From: Macrostomum hystrix
Taxonomy: Eukaryota; Animalia; Platyhelminthes
Reading direction: 5' to 3'
Length of the DNA: 64,000 nucleotides
Assembly: GCA_950097015.1 (NCBI GenBank)
Contig: CATNEN010000038.1
Span: 28,954,001-29,018,000 of the forward strand
The first letter of the stretch is position 1; every line of letters begins with the position of its first letter. This document shows, piece after piece, positions 35,368-47,311 of this stretch. Under the pieces are notes generated by a model. That model searched no databases, was not told where the DNA came from, and saw nothing but the letters and a program-made list of their open reading frames with translations. Made by a program: the position numbers and the translations under genes.

Positions 35368-36350
35368 GGGAGATTGACTCAGTTGAGATCGACACGGGGT
35401 GAACTTGAAAGTAAAACAGGTGAAATGCCACAGGAAGGATTTATGCGGGTGAGAATGACGGATAATATTGACTCAGATAATATTTATACAGGTGAGATTG
35501 ACTCGAATGAGCTTGACTCGAATGAGATTGACACAGGTAAGATTGACACAAATGACACGGATGAGATTGACTCGAATGAGATTGACACGGATGGGATTGA
35601 CTCGGATGAGATTGACACGGATGAGATTGACACAAGTGAGATTGACGCAAATGAGATTGACACGGGGTGAACTTGAAAGTAAAACAGGTGAAATGCCACA
35701 GGAAGGATTTATGCGGGTGAGAATGACAGATAATATTGACTCAGATAATATTTATACAGGTGAGATTGACTCGAATAGGCTTGACTCGAATGAGATTGAC
35801 ACAGGTAAGATTGACACAAATGATGTTGACACGGATGAGATTGACTCGAATGAGATTGACACGGATGAGATTGACACAAGTGAGATTGACGCAAATGAGA
35901 TTGACATGGATGGGATTGACTCGGATGAGATTGACACGGATGAGATTGACTTGGATGAGATTTACACAGGTGAGATTGACTCAGATGAGATTGACACGAA
36001 TGGTATTGACTCGGATGAGATTGACTCGGATGAGATTGACACGGATGAGATTGACACAGGTGAGATTGACACGGAGGAGATTGACACGGATAATATTTAC
36101 TCGGATGATATTTATATGGAAGAGATTGACACGGATGAGATTGAGTCGGATGAGATTGACATGGAGGAGATTGACACGGATAATATTTACTCGGATGATA
36201 TTTATTTGGATGAGATTGAAACGGATGAGATTTACACAGGTGAGACTGACTCGAATGAGATTGATTCGGATGAGATTGACTCGGATGAGATTGACACGGA
36301 TGAGATTGACACGGATGAAATTGCATCGGATGATATTGACAAAGGTGACA
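35368..36350. repeat. 15-bp minisatellite (gatgagattgacacg) with a 268-bp higher-order duplication
   Basis: The unique block gacacggggtgaacttgaaag.. occurs at both 35391 and 35659. Confidence 0.9.
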
Positions 36351-36649
36351 AAGAGCAATTTAATTAGTGCTGTACAATCCGAATCTTTGTGCGGTCGAAT
36401 ATTTATTGTCTGTTAGCTGTATATTTGGCTAATAGTCATTGTCGGTACACTATTTTGATTAAAATGTACTTACGATTATAAAAAATATAGAATTAAAATT
36501 GACTTTTCATATTGTCGATTCTGAGTTTTTTTGAGTGCGCAAATGACGATAGATTAATTACGAGCAAACTACTTAGCAGCCAAGGTCAAATAAGTAGTAT
36601 AGTTGGAACGCGACAGTTCAAGCGAAAAGCAAAGAAAAGAAAAACGCAA

Positions 36650-36870
36650 TATTCTATTCTATACTACTCTATTCTATTCTATTCTTTTCTATTCTATTCT
36701 ATTCTATTCTATTCCATTCTATTCTATTCTATTCTATTCTATTCTACTCTATTCTATTCTATTCTATTCTATTCTATTCTATTCTATTTAATTCTATTCT
36801 ATTATATTCTATTCCATTCTATTCCATTCCATTCTATTCTATTCTATTCTATACCATTCTATTATAATCT
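36650..36870. repeat. (ATTCT)n microsatellite
   Basis: Visible; inverted counterpart (AGAAT)n at 37225-37372. Confidence 0.95.
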
Positions 36871-37224
36871 AATCTAATCAGTTCTATTACGAGCGTATAT
36901 TATTATATTATATTATATTCTTTTCTATTCTATTCCACTCTCACCGCCGATCCGAGTTGTCCAGTCCGCAGTGCAGCACGGACGCCAGTGGAAAGTGCTG
37001 CCTGAAGCATTGTCTGCGCTGCTGATCAGTTAGTGTGATACCGTCTGGTCCAATTCTGAGCTGGCAGTTGGACACAGCCGGGGTCGATCTCTGATTGGCT
37101 CCTAGCAGCGAGCTGACAGCTCGGGTGACTGCCTCACTGCCAGTGAGAGACTCGACACCCATTGTACCAAAGTAGGCTACCGGAAAAGCTGGCAAATTCG
37201 TATAATAATACGACCAGAATGGAC

Positions 37225-37372
37225 AAGAATAGAATAGAAATGAATAGAATGGAATAGAATAGAATAAAACAGAATAGAATAGAATAGAGTAGTATAGAAT
37301 AGAATATAATAGAATAGAATAGAATAGAATAGAATGGAATATAATAGAATAGAGTCGAGTAGAATAAAATAG
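37225..37372. repeat. (AGAAT)n microsatellite
   Basis: Visible. Confidence 0.9.
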
Positions 37373-38507
37373 CAATTAAACTAAATATCTATAAGTTTTT
37401 GATCGAAAAAGTTCATTCTCTTAGCTTCATAAAGCGAATTGTGTAATGCTAGAAAAAACAGAAAACCTCAATAAATTGATTCTGTACTGATTTTAGACTC
37501 ATGTCTAAAAATGTCTAAGACATGTCTAAGACTCATGTCGCATGTTCGGTCTGGTTGTAGAGGGCCGCAGTCGTGAGCACAGCTGCCTTGTCCTGGGTGA
37601 GGCGGACACTAGTTTAGGCCGCTATCAATATCGTCAGGTGCAGTCGGCGCAGTTTATCGTGTCGACAATTAACCAAGCTTTTCTGCTAGTTAACTGACAG
37701 CGGAAAATCTAATAATCGACACCCATTGTACCAAAGTAGGCTACCGAAAAAGCTGGCAAAGTGAAATTAAAGGAATTCTTTCTTGGTGAAAAGTATCCTT
37801 TAAAAAGGCTTAATACGAGAATGTTTAGAAACCTTAACTAACGATTTGAGGAAAATGCATGTACAATTATAGAAAAATATGAAATTCTAGGAAATATAAA
37901 ATTTTCTTGGAGATTGTTGGAAAAGCGTCTAAGATTCTGGGAAAATTTCGATTCGATCCAAAATCCATAAAAACACCCAACCGTTGCCATAGTAACCCGC
38001 TTGAATTCTGTCCGCTTGAGCTTGAGCTAAATGAAGCGGTTGATGCCGACGCAGAAGCCGCCGCAGCTGCTGCGGCAATCTTGTCCGGATCATCGTACAT
38101 TCCAGCGTCTACCTCAGCTCCGACGCCGCCTTCACCAGCGGCACTGTCCGGCAGCCGCAGTAGGCAGGGAAGCGCCAGCTTGTCTGTCGCGTGCTGAGCG
38201 ACAAACGCGGTCAAGCCGGCGAAAGTTGGCTCGGTTGGCGAGCCGCGAAGCCTCACACCGCCGGCTGTCGGCTCCAGTAGAAAGTGACGAATATTGGACG
38301 CTTCGCCGAAACTTGGACGATCCGGCTGCAGCTTTGGGCGGCGCATCGGCGCGGATGGCTAGGCCGAAAGCGCCAGGATAGCTTGTCGAGTCGCGAATCA
38401 GAAAACTGCCCGGCTGTGCAGCGCGGGGTAGGTTCACGGCTGCGGGTGGCAAAGACAATCTTCTGGTTGAGGAGACTTGGGATCGACTAGTCCTCGGTAC
38501 CAAGGAT

Positions 38508-38862
38508 TATTGGTCAAGGAATATTGGGTCAAGGAACATTGGTTCAAGGAACATTGGGTCAAGGAACATTGGTTCAAGGAACATTGGGTCAAGGAACTTT
38601 GGGTCAAGGAACTTTGGGTCAAGGAACATGGGTCAAGGAACATGGGTCAAGGAACATGGGTCAAGGAACTTTGGATCAACGAACATTGGGTCAAGGAACA
38701 TTGGGTCAAGGAACATTGGGTCAAGGAACTTTGGGTCAAAGAACATGGGTCAAGGAACTTTGGGTCAAGGAACTTTGGGTCAACGAACATTGGGTCAAGG
38801 AACATTGGGTCAAGGAACTTTGGGTCAAGGAACATTGGGTCAAGGAACTTTGGGACAAGGAA
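38508..38862. repeat. Minisatellite (ttgggtcaaggaaca/ct) filling a tensin intron
   Basis: Tandem copies between donor 38897 and acceptor 38440. Confidence 0.95.
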
Positions 38863-39386
38863 GTTGGATTCGATAGTTGACCCAAACGTCGACTCACTCT
38901 CCTCCCTCGAGATGGCAGGTCTATACCACAGGTGCATGGTGTCCTGTACTTTATGCGCCTGTTGCTTCGCCAATCTAACAGCAGAACGGTCTAGCTGCTC
39001 AATTCTCATTGGCTGCTGCAGCTGTCTTGGTGGACTAATCGTTGTCGCCCTCTGGGTTGCAGATCCGTCGCCTGATTTGTCGCGAAAATTTGCTGCAAAA
39101 CATGTTTCCTAGTGTGCATAATACGTACTACTCACGTCATCGGATTAGTAGTTATATATTTTATATCTTTTTAACTCACTTTTCGTTTCGTGGCATCGTT
39201 GCGACTGCTGCAGTTGCTTGTCGCATACTCGGGAAAGCAAAAGTGCCTAGACTGTGAATTCCCCGACCAATGAGCTGCATGGTGACTGTCTTCACCTCCT
39301 GATAGGTTCTAGGTGTCGATGATGCTGACACCACTCGCTGCTGGATTGTCTGCGATAAGGTACAAACGGGTGTCAAATTAGATGCA

Positions 39387-40015
39387 CTGTCTTCTTCCCC
39401 AGCCTGTCTTCTACCCCAGCCTGTCTTCTACCCCAGCCTGTCTTCTACCCCAGCCTGTCTTCTACCCCAGCCTGTCTTCTACCCCAGCCTGTCTTCTACC
39501 CCAGCCTGTCTTCTACCCCAGCCTGTCTTCTACCCCAGCCTGTCTTCTACCCCAGCCTGTCTTCTACCCCAGCCTGTCTTCTACCACAGCCTGTCTTCTA
39601 CCCCAGCCTGTCTTCTACCCCAGCCTGTCTTCTACCCCAGCCTGTCTTCTACCCCAGCCTGTCTTCTACCCCAGCCTGTCTTCTACCCCAGCCTGTCTTC
39701 TACCACAGCCTGTCTTCTACCCCAGCCTGTCTTCTACCCCAGCCTGTCTTCTACCACAGCCTGTCCTCTACCCCAGCCTGTCTTCTACCCCAGCCTGTCT
39801 TCTACCCCAGCCTGTCTTCTACCCCAGCCTGTCCTCTACCCCAGCCTGTCTTCTACCCCAGCCTGTCCTCTACCCCAGCCTGTCCTCTACCCCAGCCTGT
39901 CTTCTACCCCAGCCTGTCTTCTACCCAAGCCTGTCTTCTACCCCAGCCTGTCCTCTAGCCCAGCCTGTCTTCTACCTCAGTCTGTCTTCTACCCCAGCCT
40001 GTCTTCTACCCCAGC
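39387..40015. repeat. 17-bp minisatellite (ccccagcctgtcttcta)
   Basis: ~37 copies. Confidence 0.95.
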
Positions 40016-40439
40016 GTGATGTCTACCTGAGCACTAGAATCATGCAATTTTCAATGAAACAAATCAATAAAATTGACTCGATGAAACAAAAAATTTGTCA
40101 CTGTTCAAATAAAAAAAATAAAACCGTTCAGCCACATCTAGGAAAACTCAAGATTTGACACTTCGGAAATAAATTGTGATACTGAATTAATATGCTAAAA
40201 AAAGCATGACAAAAAGCTTGAAAAAATACTTCTTTTTCCTTTTGTTAAGGGCTTCAAAACAGCTCACCACTTTAAATTGACAATCCGAGTCGAAATGGAC
40301 ATGAAAATAAAAATAATTGCTGTCAAAGAAAATTCAGTATGGCAAGAATGAAAAAACGCAGCATAAAATTTTCTTTTCATTCTGAATTGACAAAGTGATT
40401 TATCTTCTAACAACTCATTCTGATATTATTGATTATATG

Positions 40440-40882
40440 TTCCTAACCTCTTCCCCCTCTCCCCTCTTCCCCTTCCCCCTCTTCCCCTTCTCCCCTCTTC
40501 CCCCTCTCCCCTCTTCCCCTTCTCCCCTCTTCCCCTTCCCCCTCTTCCCCTTCTCCACTCTTTACCTTCTCCCCCCTTCCCCTTCTCCCCTCTTAACCTT
40601 CTCGCCTCTTTCCCCTTCTCCCCTCTTTCCCTCCTCCCTCTTCCACTTCTCCCTTCTTACCCTTCCCGCCTCTTTCCCCTTCTCCCCTCTTCCCCTTCTC
40701 CCCTCTTCCCCTTCTCCCCTCTTCCCCTTCTCCCCTCTTACCCTTCTCCCCTCTTCCGCTTCTCCCCTCTTATCCATCTCCCCTCTTAAACTTCTACCAT
40801 GTTACCCTTCTCCCCTCTTACCCTTCTCGCCTCTTTCCCCTTTTCCCCTCTTACCCCTATTCCCTCTTACCCTTCTCTTTTC
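40440..40882. repeat. Polypyrimidine low-complexity tract (cccctctt/cccttct)
   Basis: Almost pure C/T on the + strand. Confidence 0.9.
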
Positions 40883-41096
40883 TTAATCTGCAAAAGACAT
40901 GAATAAAGTTTTCTTGGCTTGCAAGACTTTCTCGCAAGAATTTATGAAGCAAAGTGTCGTCTATGGGCCAACCAGGGCAGGGTTGGGTGGAATCTCGAGA
41001 GACAGAAATAAGACTGAGTGCACAACTGACGGCTTCCACTTTCGAGAAAGTTTTTAGCTGGCCTATTTTTTGCCTTGCAAATGAAAAATGAAGGCA

Positions 41097-42490
41097 GATG
41101 AACAAATGGAAGGGCAAGACGCACAAGTACATGAAGAGGATGCGGACTGCATCATTGACGTCCTGACAAAACATGCGATTTTTTTACCAAGAGCAGCACG
41201 CCGGTGGTAAAACGGCAGAAGGAGGAAGCCATTAACGCGATGTGCATAGAGCTGGAGACGTTGACTGGAAAGTCGTTCGACACGAAGAAGACTTTGAAGA
41301 AGATTGCCAACATGAAGACCCGATTCAAGGCAAAGACCGACCGTAACAAGACTGGGAATCGGCCCAACAAACTTGCTCCGTGTCCGTGGTAATCGAAGAT
41401 GGCGAGCATCATGCAGGCGGAAACCAATCCGACTGTGTGCAAAACCCCCGGTGCATTCTCGGTTGGACTTCCGACGTTGTCGGGCACGCCTTCGCTGTCC
41501 ACTAACGGACTCCCGCCTGTGTCTTGCTTTGTCAAGCAACTATCGAGCTCGGCTGGAATCAAATCGGTTGCAAGTGACGCCGGCTCATCATCTAGCCAGC
41601 GAAACTCATCTGTTGTCGGCTTGATGGACTCGCATCGGAAGCGCCAGCTATCAGGTGAGACAGGTGAGACGGAGAAACTGACAAACGCGGAGCTGCAGCG
41701 ACTCGTGCTACTGGAACAACTGCGCTATACGAGGATGAAGCTGAGGCTGGCTATGGAGAAGCAAGCTTCGCACAGTTCTGTGTCATACGTTGATTTATGA
41801 AACCAAAAGTGACTAACAGTTGGGAGATCTTGCAAATTTCGTTGTGGGAAGTGGCGTTTGCAACTCCTTAGTTTGCCACTATTCGATTATATAGTACAAA
41901 TAAACTCTAATCATATTTGCGCCTGTTGTTGTTTTTGTTGTTGTTGTTGTTGCGCCAGTTAGGGTCGACTTCTTAACTTTAAACGAAATTAACGAAAAAC
42001 TATATAATAAACTTTCCTCAACATGTGAAGGTGTACCAAAGGGTTTGCATGGGAAGTCACGTCAGTATGTTCATACTGCTAGATCAGTGCTGCAATCTCA
42101 TTTCGCCGTTGCTGTCCACGCAGCCGCAACTGTTGAGCGCCTTCTGTGACCAGAGGGGCGTTGTCAAATTGCTCGTCAACTTCGCCCACAAAGTCGGGAT
42201 TGTTGACATCCTCGGCCCCAAGGAACTTGGCGACATTGTGAAGCACGAAACAAGCGATGATGCACGTAGGCACTTTATGCAGCTTCAACCGTATTCCGTA
42301 GCGCAGTATTGGAAATATCCTCTTCAGTTGTCCAAAAGCTTGCTCAATCATGACTCAGCTTCTTGCGTGCACCAAATTGTAACTCTGCTGCATCTCAGTG
42401 GTAGCTTCCGAATCCGGTGTCATCAAGAACGGCGCGATTCCGTAGCCACTGTCGCCAAGAAGCACCTCGAAATAGGCGCCCTGTGCAAGG
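41097..42490. mobile_element. PIF/Harbinger transposon remnant: Myb/SANT-like ORF (+) and convergent HARBI1-type transposase C-terminus (-)
   Basis: Minus ~42480-42079: LLGDSGY..FLMTP..YNLVHARS*VMIEQAFGQLKRIFPIL..IIACFVLHN, with an in-frame stop. Plus ~41100-41800: KRQKEEA..KKIANMKTRFK..NKTGN.. and LTNAELQRLVLLEQL, with a frameshift and stop. The transposase 5' part is missing. Confidence 0.85.
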
Positions 42491-42559
42491 AGATGACTGG
42501 AAAGGGGATAACAGGCAATAATCTGAGACAGTTCACGATAGTTTTTGAGCTACAGTTAA

Positions 42560-45500
42560 ACAGTTATAAGGGTTGAATGACTTAGCCGCGCGAGCGATGC
42601 GGTCATTCGTAACAAGTGACTGAGCCAGGCCCTGACCACCACGTGAGTGGTCGTCTGGGCCAAAGTGCGCCGGTACACTCGGGAAGAAATGCCCTAGCAT
42701 GAGCTCGAGCGTTTCCTCCGGGCGCTCCGTGATCGAGCCATCAGGCTTTTTGATCGACGAGAGCTTGGAGAAGCGGTCGTTGGTGAGCGCCTTTACCACG
42801 CGGGCCGTGGGCCGCGAGCCCTCAAGCCCTTCGCAGTATTGACGCCACTTGTCCGCTTTTGCCCTTCTGACCCGGCCCTTAAACTCGTGGATAGCGCGAG
42901 TATAGGCCTCTTTGTCATCAGGGTCGTGCGAGATTTTCAGCCTCCTCTGGAGAGCCTTTGCTCGGCGTCTAAGGACTCCGAGCTCGGGGTTCCACCAGGG
43001 GGCCGATTTTTTGCCTTTGTAGGCTTTGAGCGGGCAAGCCATTTCGTAGGCTTCTGTGATGGCACGGCCCAGCAGGGCAGCCACTCCATCCAGGTCCTGC
43101 GTGGTTGCCATGGTCATGGAAGGGTCGGAGTCCCGAAGGCCCTCATGCAGCCTTTGGCTGAACGTGGGCCAGTCGGTGTTTCTGACATTACGCCTCCAGA
43201 TAGGCTTTTGCGTCTTATCGGGAGTACCGATGTTGAAGCAGATAAAACGGTGGTCCGAGAGTGAGCTTTCGGTCTCCCACACCTTCCACCCCAGCACCCT
43301 TGGGAGGATGCCGGGTGAGGCCAGGGTGACGTCCAGCACCTCAGCCCACCGCCCATTGTCGAACGTGGGCGTGTTGCCCATATTGCAGAAGTTGAGAGGC
43401 GTGCCGCTAACGAAGGCCAGGAGCTCTTCGCCGCGGCCATTAATTTTAGAGCTACCCCAGTGGGTGTGATGTGAGTTCACATCTCCCACGAGGAGCAGCT
43501 CAAAGTTACGAGCCCTGGCGAAATCGCATAGGGTGACGAGGGTATCGCTGACCACGGGGGCGTCACCTGCCAGGTAGGCGGATGCCACGAGGGTCAGCTT
43601 GTTGGGCACAATGTGTGCGGATTGTATGACGCAGATGTCCCCGTTAGAAAGATCGGGTCTCATCCACGCATTTAAGGCTTTTCAGCAAAGATCAGAGATC
43701 TGGGGCGTACAGAGTCTTCCATGCAAAAGCAGTCATAGCCAGCAGGAATGTTGCTTGGTTTGCTATTCGATAGCCAGGGCTCCTGTACCAGTACAAGGCC
43801 CGGCATCATGCGCTCTGTCGTGCGCATCAGATTGACTGACGCTGCCACGCAGTGCTGGGTGTTAACTTGCAGACATGAAATCCCGGGGATCATCATGCAG
43901 GCAGAGGTCTACTTGGAGGGGGACTCAGCCAGAAGGCGGTCCTCCTCCTCCGGGTCGATGTCGGTAGCCATGGGCTCCTCCGTGCCCCGGCCCCGAGCCA
44001 GAGGCGGGAACTCGGCGGGGTCAGCCGCCCAGTCCCCACTCCCGGCCCCGAGCCAAGGCCCAGAGTCACCCTCAACCGGTGCCAACACCGCTCCCTGGGC
44101 CGTGGGAGGGGCGCTCGAAGGGCCCTGCTCAATAGAGCTGGGCACCACAGAGGCCTCCCCCGTAGCCCTTGGTTGCGGCGCCTGCCCTGGTGGGCCGCCG
44201 CGCATCTCAGTGCGCAGCTGGGTCACCTTGGCGGTTCGCACCACCTCGGAGGCCCGCTGGAGAAGGCCCCGGCGCTTGGTGGCGCGCGCGGAGCGACGCT
44301 CAGAGCTGCCGGCAATGGCGAGACGACTGGGCCCTGCCCCCGGTTCCAGCCTCGGGGTCCGAGGACCCTTCAGTGGCCGGCACGGTGGTGGGCCCGGTCT
44401 GACCCCGGGTTTTGTCGGCATCGTAGGCGAAGATTTTGGTCTTCCACAGACCGATGCAGATGTTTGCGCCATCTGGGTAACGGCGTGTCCATTGCTCGGA
44501 CAGGCCCAGAATGGGGGTGAAGCCGGTGCCGTCGGGGCGCAGGATCGTGCGGTGCACGATTAGGCCCGCTGTCGGTAGCTCCCGGTTCATCGCGATGAGG
44601 CCCATGCGGAGGTCCTCAGCGCTAGTGACAACGCTTTTCGCCGGGACGAAAATGCCATGTCCTTTAGTCTGCGGCGGCTCGTTCTCCCGGAGGAAAGCGA
44701 GGTCGGTCGCCCAGCTCTGCGTGGGCAGCAGCTCCAGGAGCCGCCGCCCTGACTCCGCATCTCCGGGCCAGACAACAAAGCACGAATCCCTGGTAGCGCT
44801 CGCGCTGACCGCCAGGGGTTCGCCCTTTAGTTGGAGTTGCCACAGCATAACGTCTACGCTGCGGCAGATGTCGCTGAGCTGTTCGCCGCTCACCCGTTTG
44901 CCGTCCTTGCCAGTAACCACGATGGCAGCAATGGTGCGCGCGATGGTGGCGTAGGTAGCACGTGGTCCCGGGCCCTTTCCTGCCGCGTCCCCACTCTCAG
45001 GAATTGCGTCGGTGGTGGGCACGGGGCCCTCCGCCTCCACTCCTCCTTCAAGCCGAGCCGCCGGCCGGATGGGCACCGGGACCTCCTTGGCCCGTGACCC
45101 TGGCCTCGGGGCGTCGTGAGCCCCGCCCTGTGCAGGAGCCTGGGCAGGAGGCGCAGGGCCCCCCCACCCCAGCCCCCGCCCTAGGCAGAGCCCCTTCGGC
45201 CCCCTGGGCCTGGGCCCGGTCCTCGGTCGACGAAGCCGGCTTGCCTTTGGCCTTCAGGCGCCTGCGGCGTTTCGCCGCTCCAGAAGTCGCGGAGCGCTTA
45301 ATGCCCCGATCACCGCGCGAGATGGGCAGCGCAGCGTTGGTGGCGGTCGCAGGGGCAGGCCCGGGCGCCGCAGCGTTTATGACCTTGGGCACCGTGGTGT
45401 CCTCGGTCGGAGCAGAATGTTGGCTGGAAGCCATTGCAGCTGCAAAGAGAAAAGGGGCTTCCTGTAGACACAGGCAGGAATAACCCACTCAGCCGCGATA

Positions 45501-46085
45501 CCAAAGCTGAGCGGGGGGGCAGCCAAAAAAGACAAGTTACAACCCGGGGTGGGATGCCAGGACCACCGGGAGGAACCGTAGGAGACCAGACTACTCCCTG
45601 GCCAAGCGTCCATCAGCACGGTCAACACTGGGACATTGGAGGGCGCCATTGAGCCAGCGCCGAGGCCTGCGGACTGGCCGCAAACCCTGTTGAGGTCAAA
45701 GGGTGGCACCTTTCCCTCAGAGCCGTAGCCAGAGGTACCTGATCACGCACATGTTTTCAGAAACTGCGGACTGGCCGCATACCCTGTTGAGGTCGAAGGG
45801 TGAATACCTTTCCCTCCAGCCAGGGCTAGAGGTACCCAGTTTGGCCAGAGGCCCTGGATGGGTCATCCAGCGCTGTTGCCCATTCTGTCCGGCTGCCCTA
45901 GGGTCAGCCTTGAAAACTCGCGGGACGTGTACCCATGGGTCAGCTGACGGGACAACGTGGAGAGGATTCCTGCACCCGGAGGCACAGGTCTCCTTCCTGC
46001 CAAGCCTGCTCAAAAAACGACTGCAGGTGTGAGGCATCGCAGACCTTAGCCCGTAGGCCTGGTCTGACTCATACCACACAGGCAT
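42560..46085 (-). mobile_element. Non-LTR retrotransposon (LOA/R1-like): 5' UTR, frameshifted ORF1, APE endonuclease; RT domain deleted
   Basis: ORF2 start 43896 (CLQVNTQHC..LVQEPW), frameshift, then 43663-42560 (SAYL, GDVNSHHTHWGS, NMGNTPTF, LDVTL, SLSDHRFI, PWWN, AAKSFNPY), stopping where KSPGPDG/RT should begin. ORF1 pieces at 45434-45048, 45076-44300 and 44472-43909. The UTR contains a duplicated ~70-bp block (~45667 and ~45765). Confidence 0.85.
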
Positions 46086-46925
46086 TGTGTCCCGCCGGTG
46101 CGAGCCTGCTAGACGACAACAGTGTTCTAACTCTGGAGGAGATCAAGGAACAATTACGCGCCAGGTTTCCGAACAAGCCGACTGTCGCAATTTCGACACT
46201 GAGCCGTCAGTTGGACGGCCTGACGTTCACCGTTAAGCTCGTTCGCGACACACCCGCAGAAAGAAACTCACCGGCAGTCCTGGCTGAGCGCGAGGCATAC
46301 TGCAATTGGTGGTGTTCAGCCAATGTCATCAACGCAGCAAAGGTGTACATCGACGAGTTTGGATTCGACAGCTGGATGAGACGATCACAGGGACGTGCCG
46401 TGCGGGGTCAACAGGCGTACCGGAAGGTTGCCGGTCAGAAGGGTCCACGCATCACCGTCTGCCTGGCTATGTCACCGGAAATCGGAGTGGTGCACTTTCA
46501 AATATACGCCGCCGGGATGACGAAGGAGTGATTCGCAGATTTCCTGGAGATAACGATCGGCAATGCGAACATTGTCAGCCTAATTTTCGACAATGTCAGC
46601 AGTCACAACGACGCCGAACTACAGGAGCCAGTCGGACAGCTCGAATTCCGACGTCTTCCACGTTACATCCCAATCCTCACCCCAGTTGAGAGTGCCATAT
46701 CCGCTTGGAAGGCGTCCTTCAAGCGCGAGTTGAGCGGAATGCCGACGTGTTTATCAATCATACAGTCGAAGCTCGTGCCGGCCGTACTCTCGTGGAATAC
46801 ATGGTGGACGGGATGAATTGGCCCGTCTCGCGGCCATCACGGTGAACGACAGTGTCACACCTGACAAGTGCCAACAGTGGTACAACCACTGTTTTACATT
46901 CGTCCCGCGGTGCATTGCGGTTGCA
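46086..46925 (+). pseudogene. IS630/Tc1/mariner-type DDE transposase, 5'-truncated and disrupted
   Basis: HTH-like LTLEEIKEQL..TVAISTLSRQL, catalytic YIDEFGF, LIFDNVSSH and LPRYIPILTPVE (32 residues between the second D and E). In-frame TGA at 46529 and a later frameshift. Confidence 0.88.
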
Positions 46926-47065
46926 TGGCGATTGACACGTCGATTGCAGACTCCTCAGCCGTGCTCAAGGATCTATCAGCTGGAAAACCCTTACACACTG
47001 TGGTGAACTTTGGCACTGTTGTTTTCCGCAATTTCTTGTTATAATTATTGTTCCACAATACAGTC

Positions 47066-47311
47066 CTGCTTTTGTTGAATTTGCTTGCAAATTGTCTAAT
47101 TTGAAAATAGTTTTTCGAGCTTGTTACCCCTTCTTGCCATAGACAAAACACACCCTGCCATGGCGTGTTGAACTTGAATGATGGCTGGCGAACTTGAACG
47201 ATAGTTGTCTAAGTTTAATGGCGCGTCGACTGCGATTACGATAGACTGGCTAACTTGAATGAAACTTGGCTAAGCTGATTGGCAAAACGTTGAATTTGAC
47301 CGGAAAATGTG
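47066..47311 (-). mobile_element. Right terminal inverted repeat (246 bp)
   Basis: Ends ..ccggaaaatgtg followed by TA (47312-47313); reverse complement of 32984-33229. Confidence 0.9.

Larger units (their letters stand above)
36945..39108 (-). pseudogene. TNS: Tensin C-terminal SH2-PTB fragment, frameshifted and apparently truncated
   Basis: Exons 39108-38898 (KVQDTMHLWYRPAISREE), 38439-37977 (PGSFLIRDSTSYPGAFGLAI / IRHFLLEPTAGGVRLRGSPTEPTFAGLTAFVAQH..LALPCLLRLP) and 37188-36945 (VESLTGSEAV..GITLTDQQRRQCFRQHFP). A 1-nt frameshift near 38310 (aagtttcggc) splits the SH2 domain. I could not find the final PTB exon. The frameshift could be an assembly error. Confidence 0.75.

Noticed and set aside
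45930-46095. HDV-like ribozyme at the LINE 5' end (gggaca../tccacgt/tgtccc)
   Set aside because: A P1-like pairing and an L3-like heptamer exist, but P3 cannot form.
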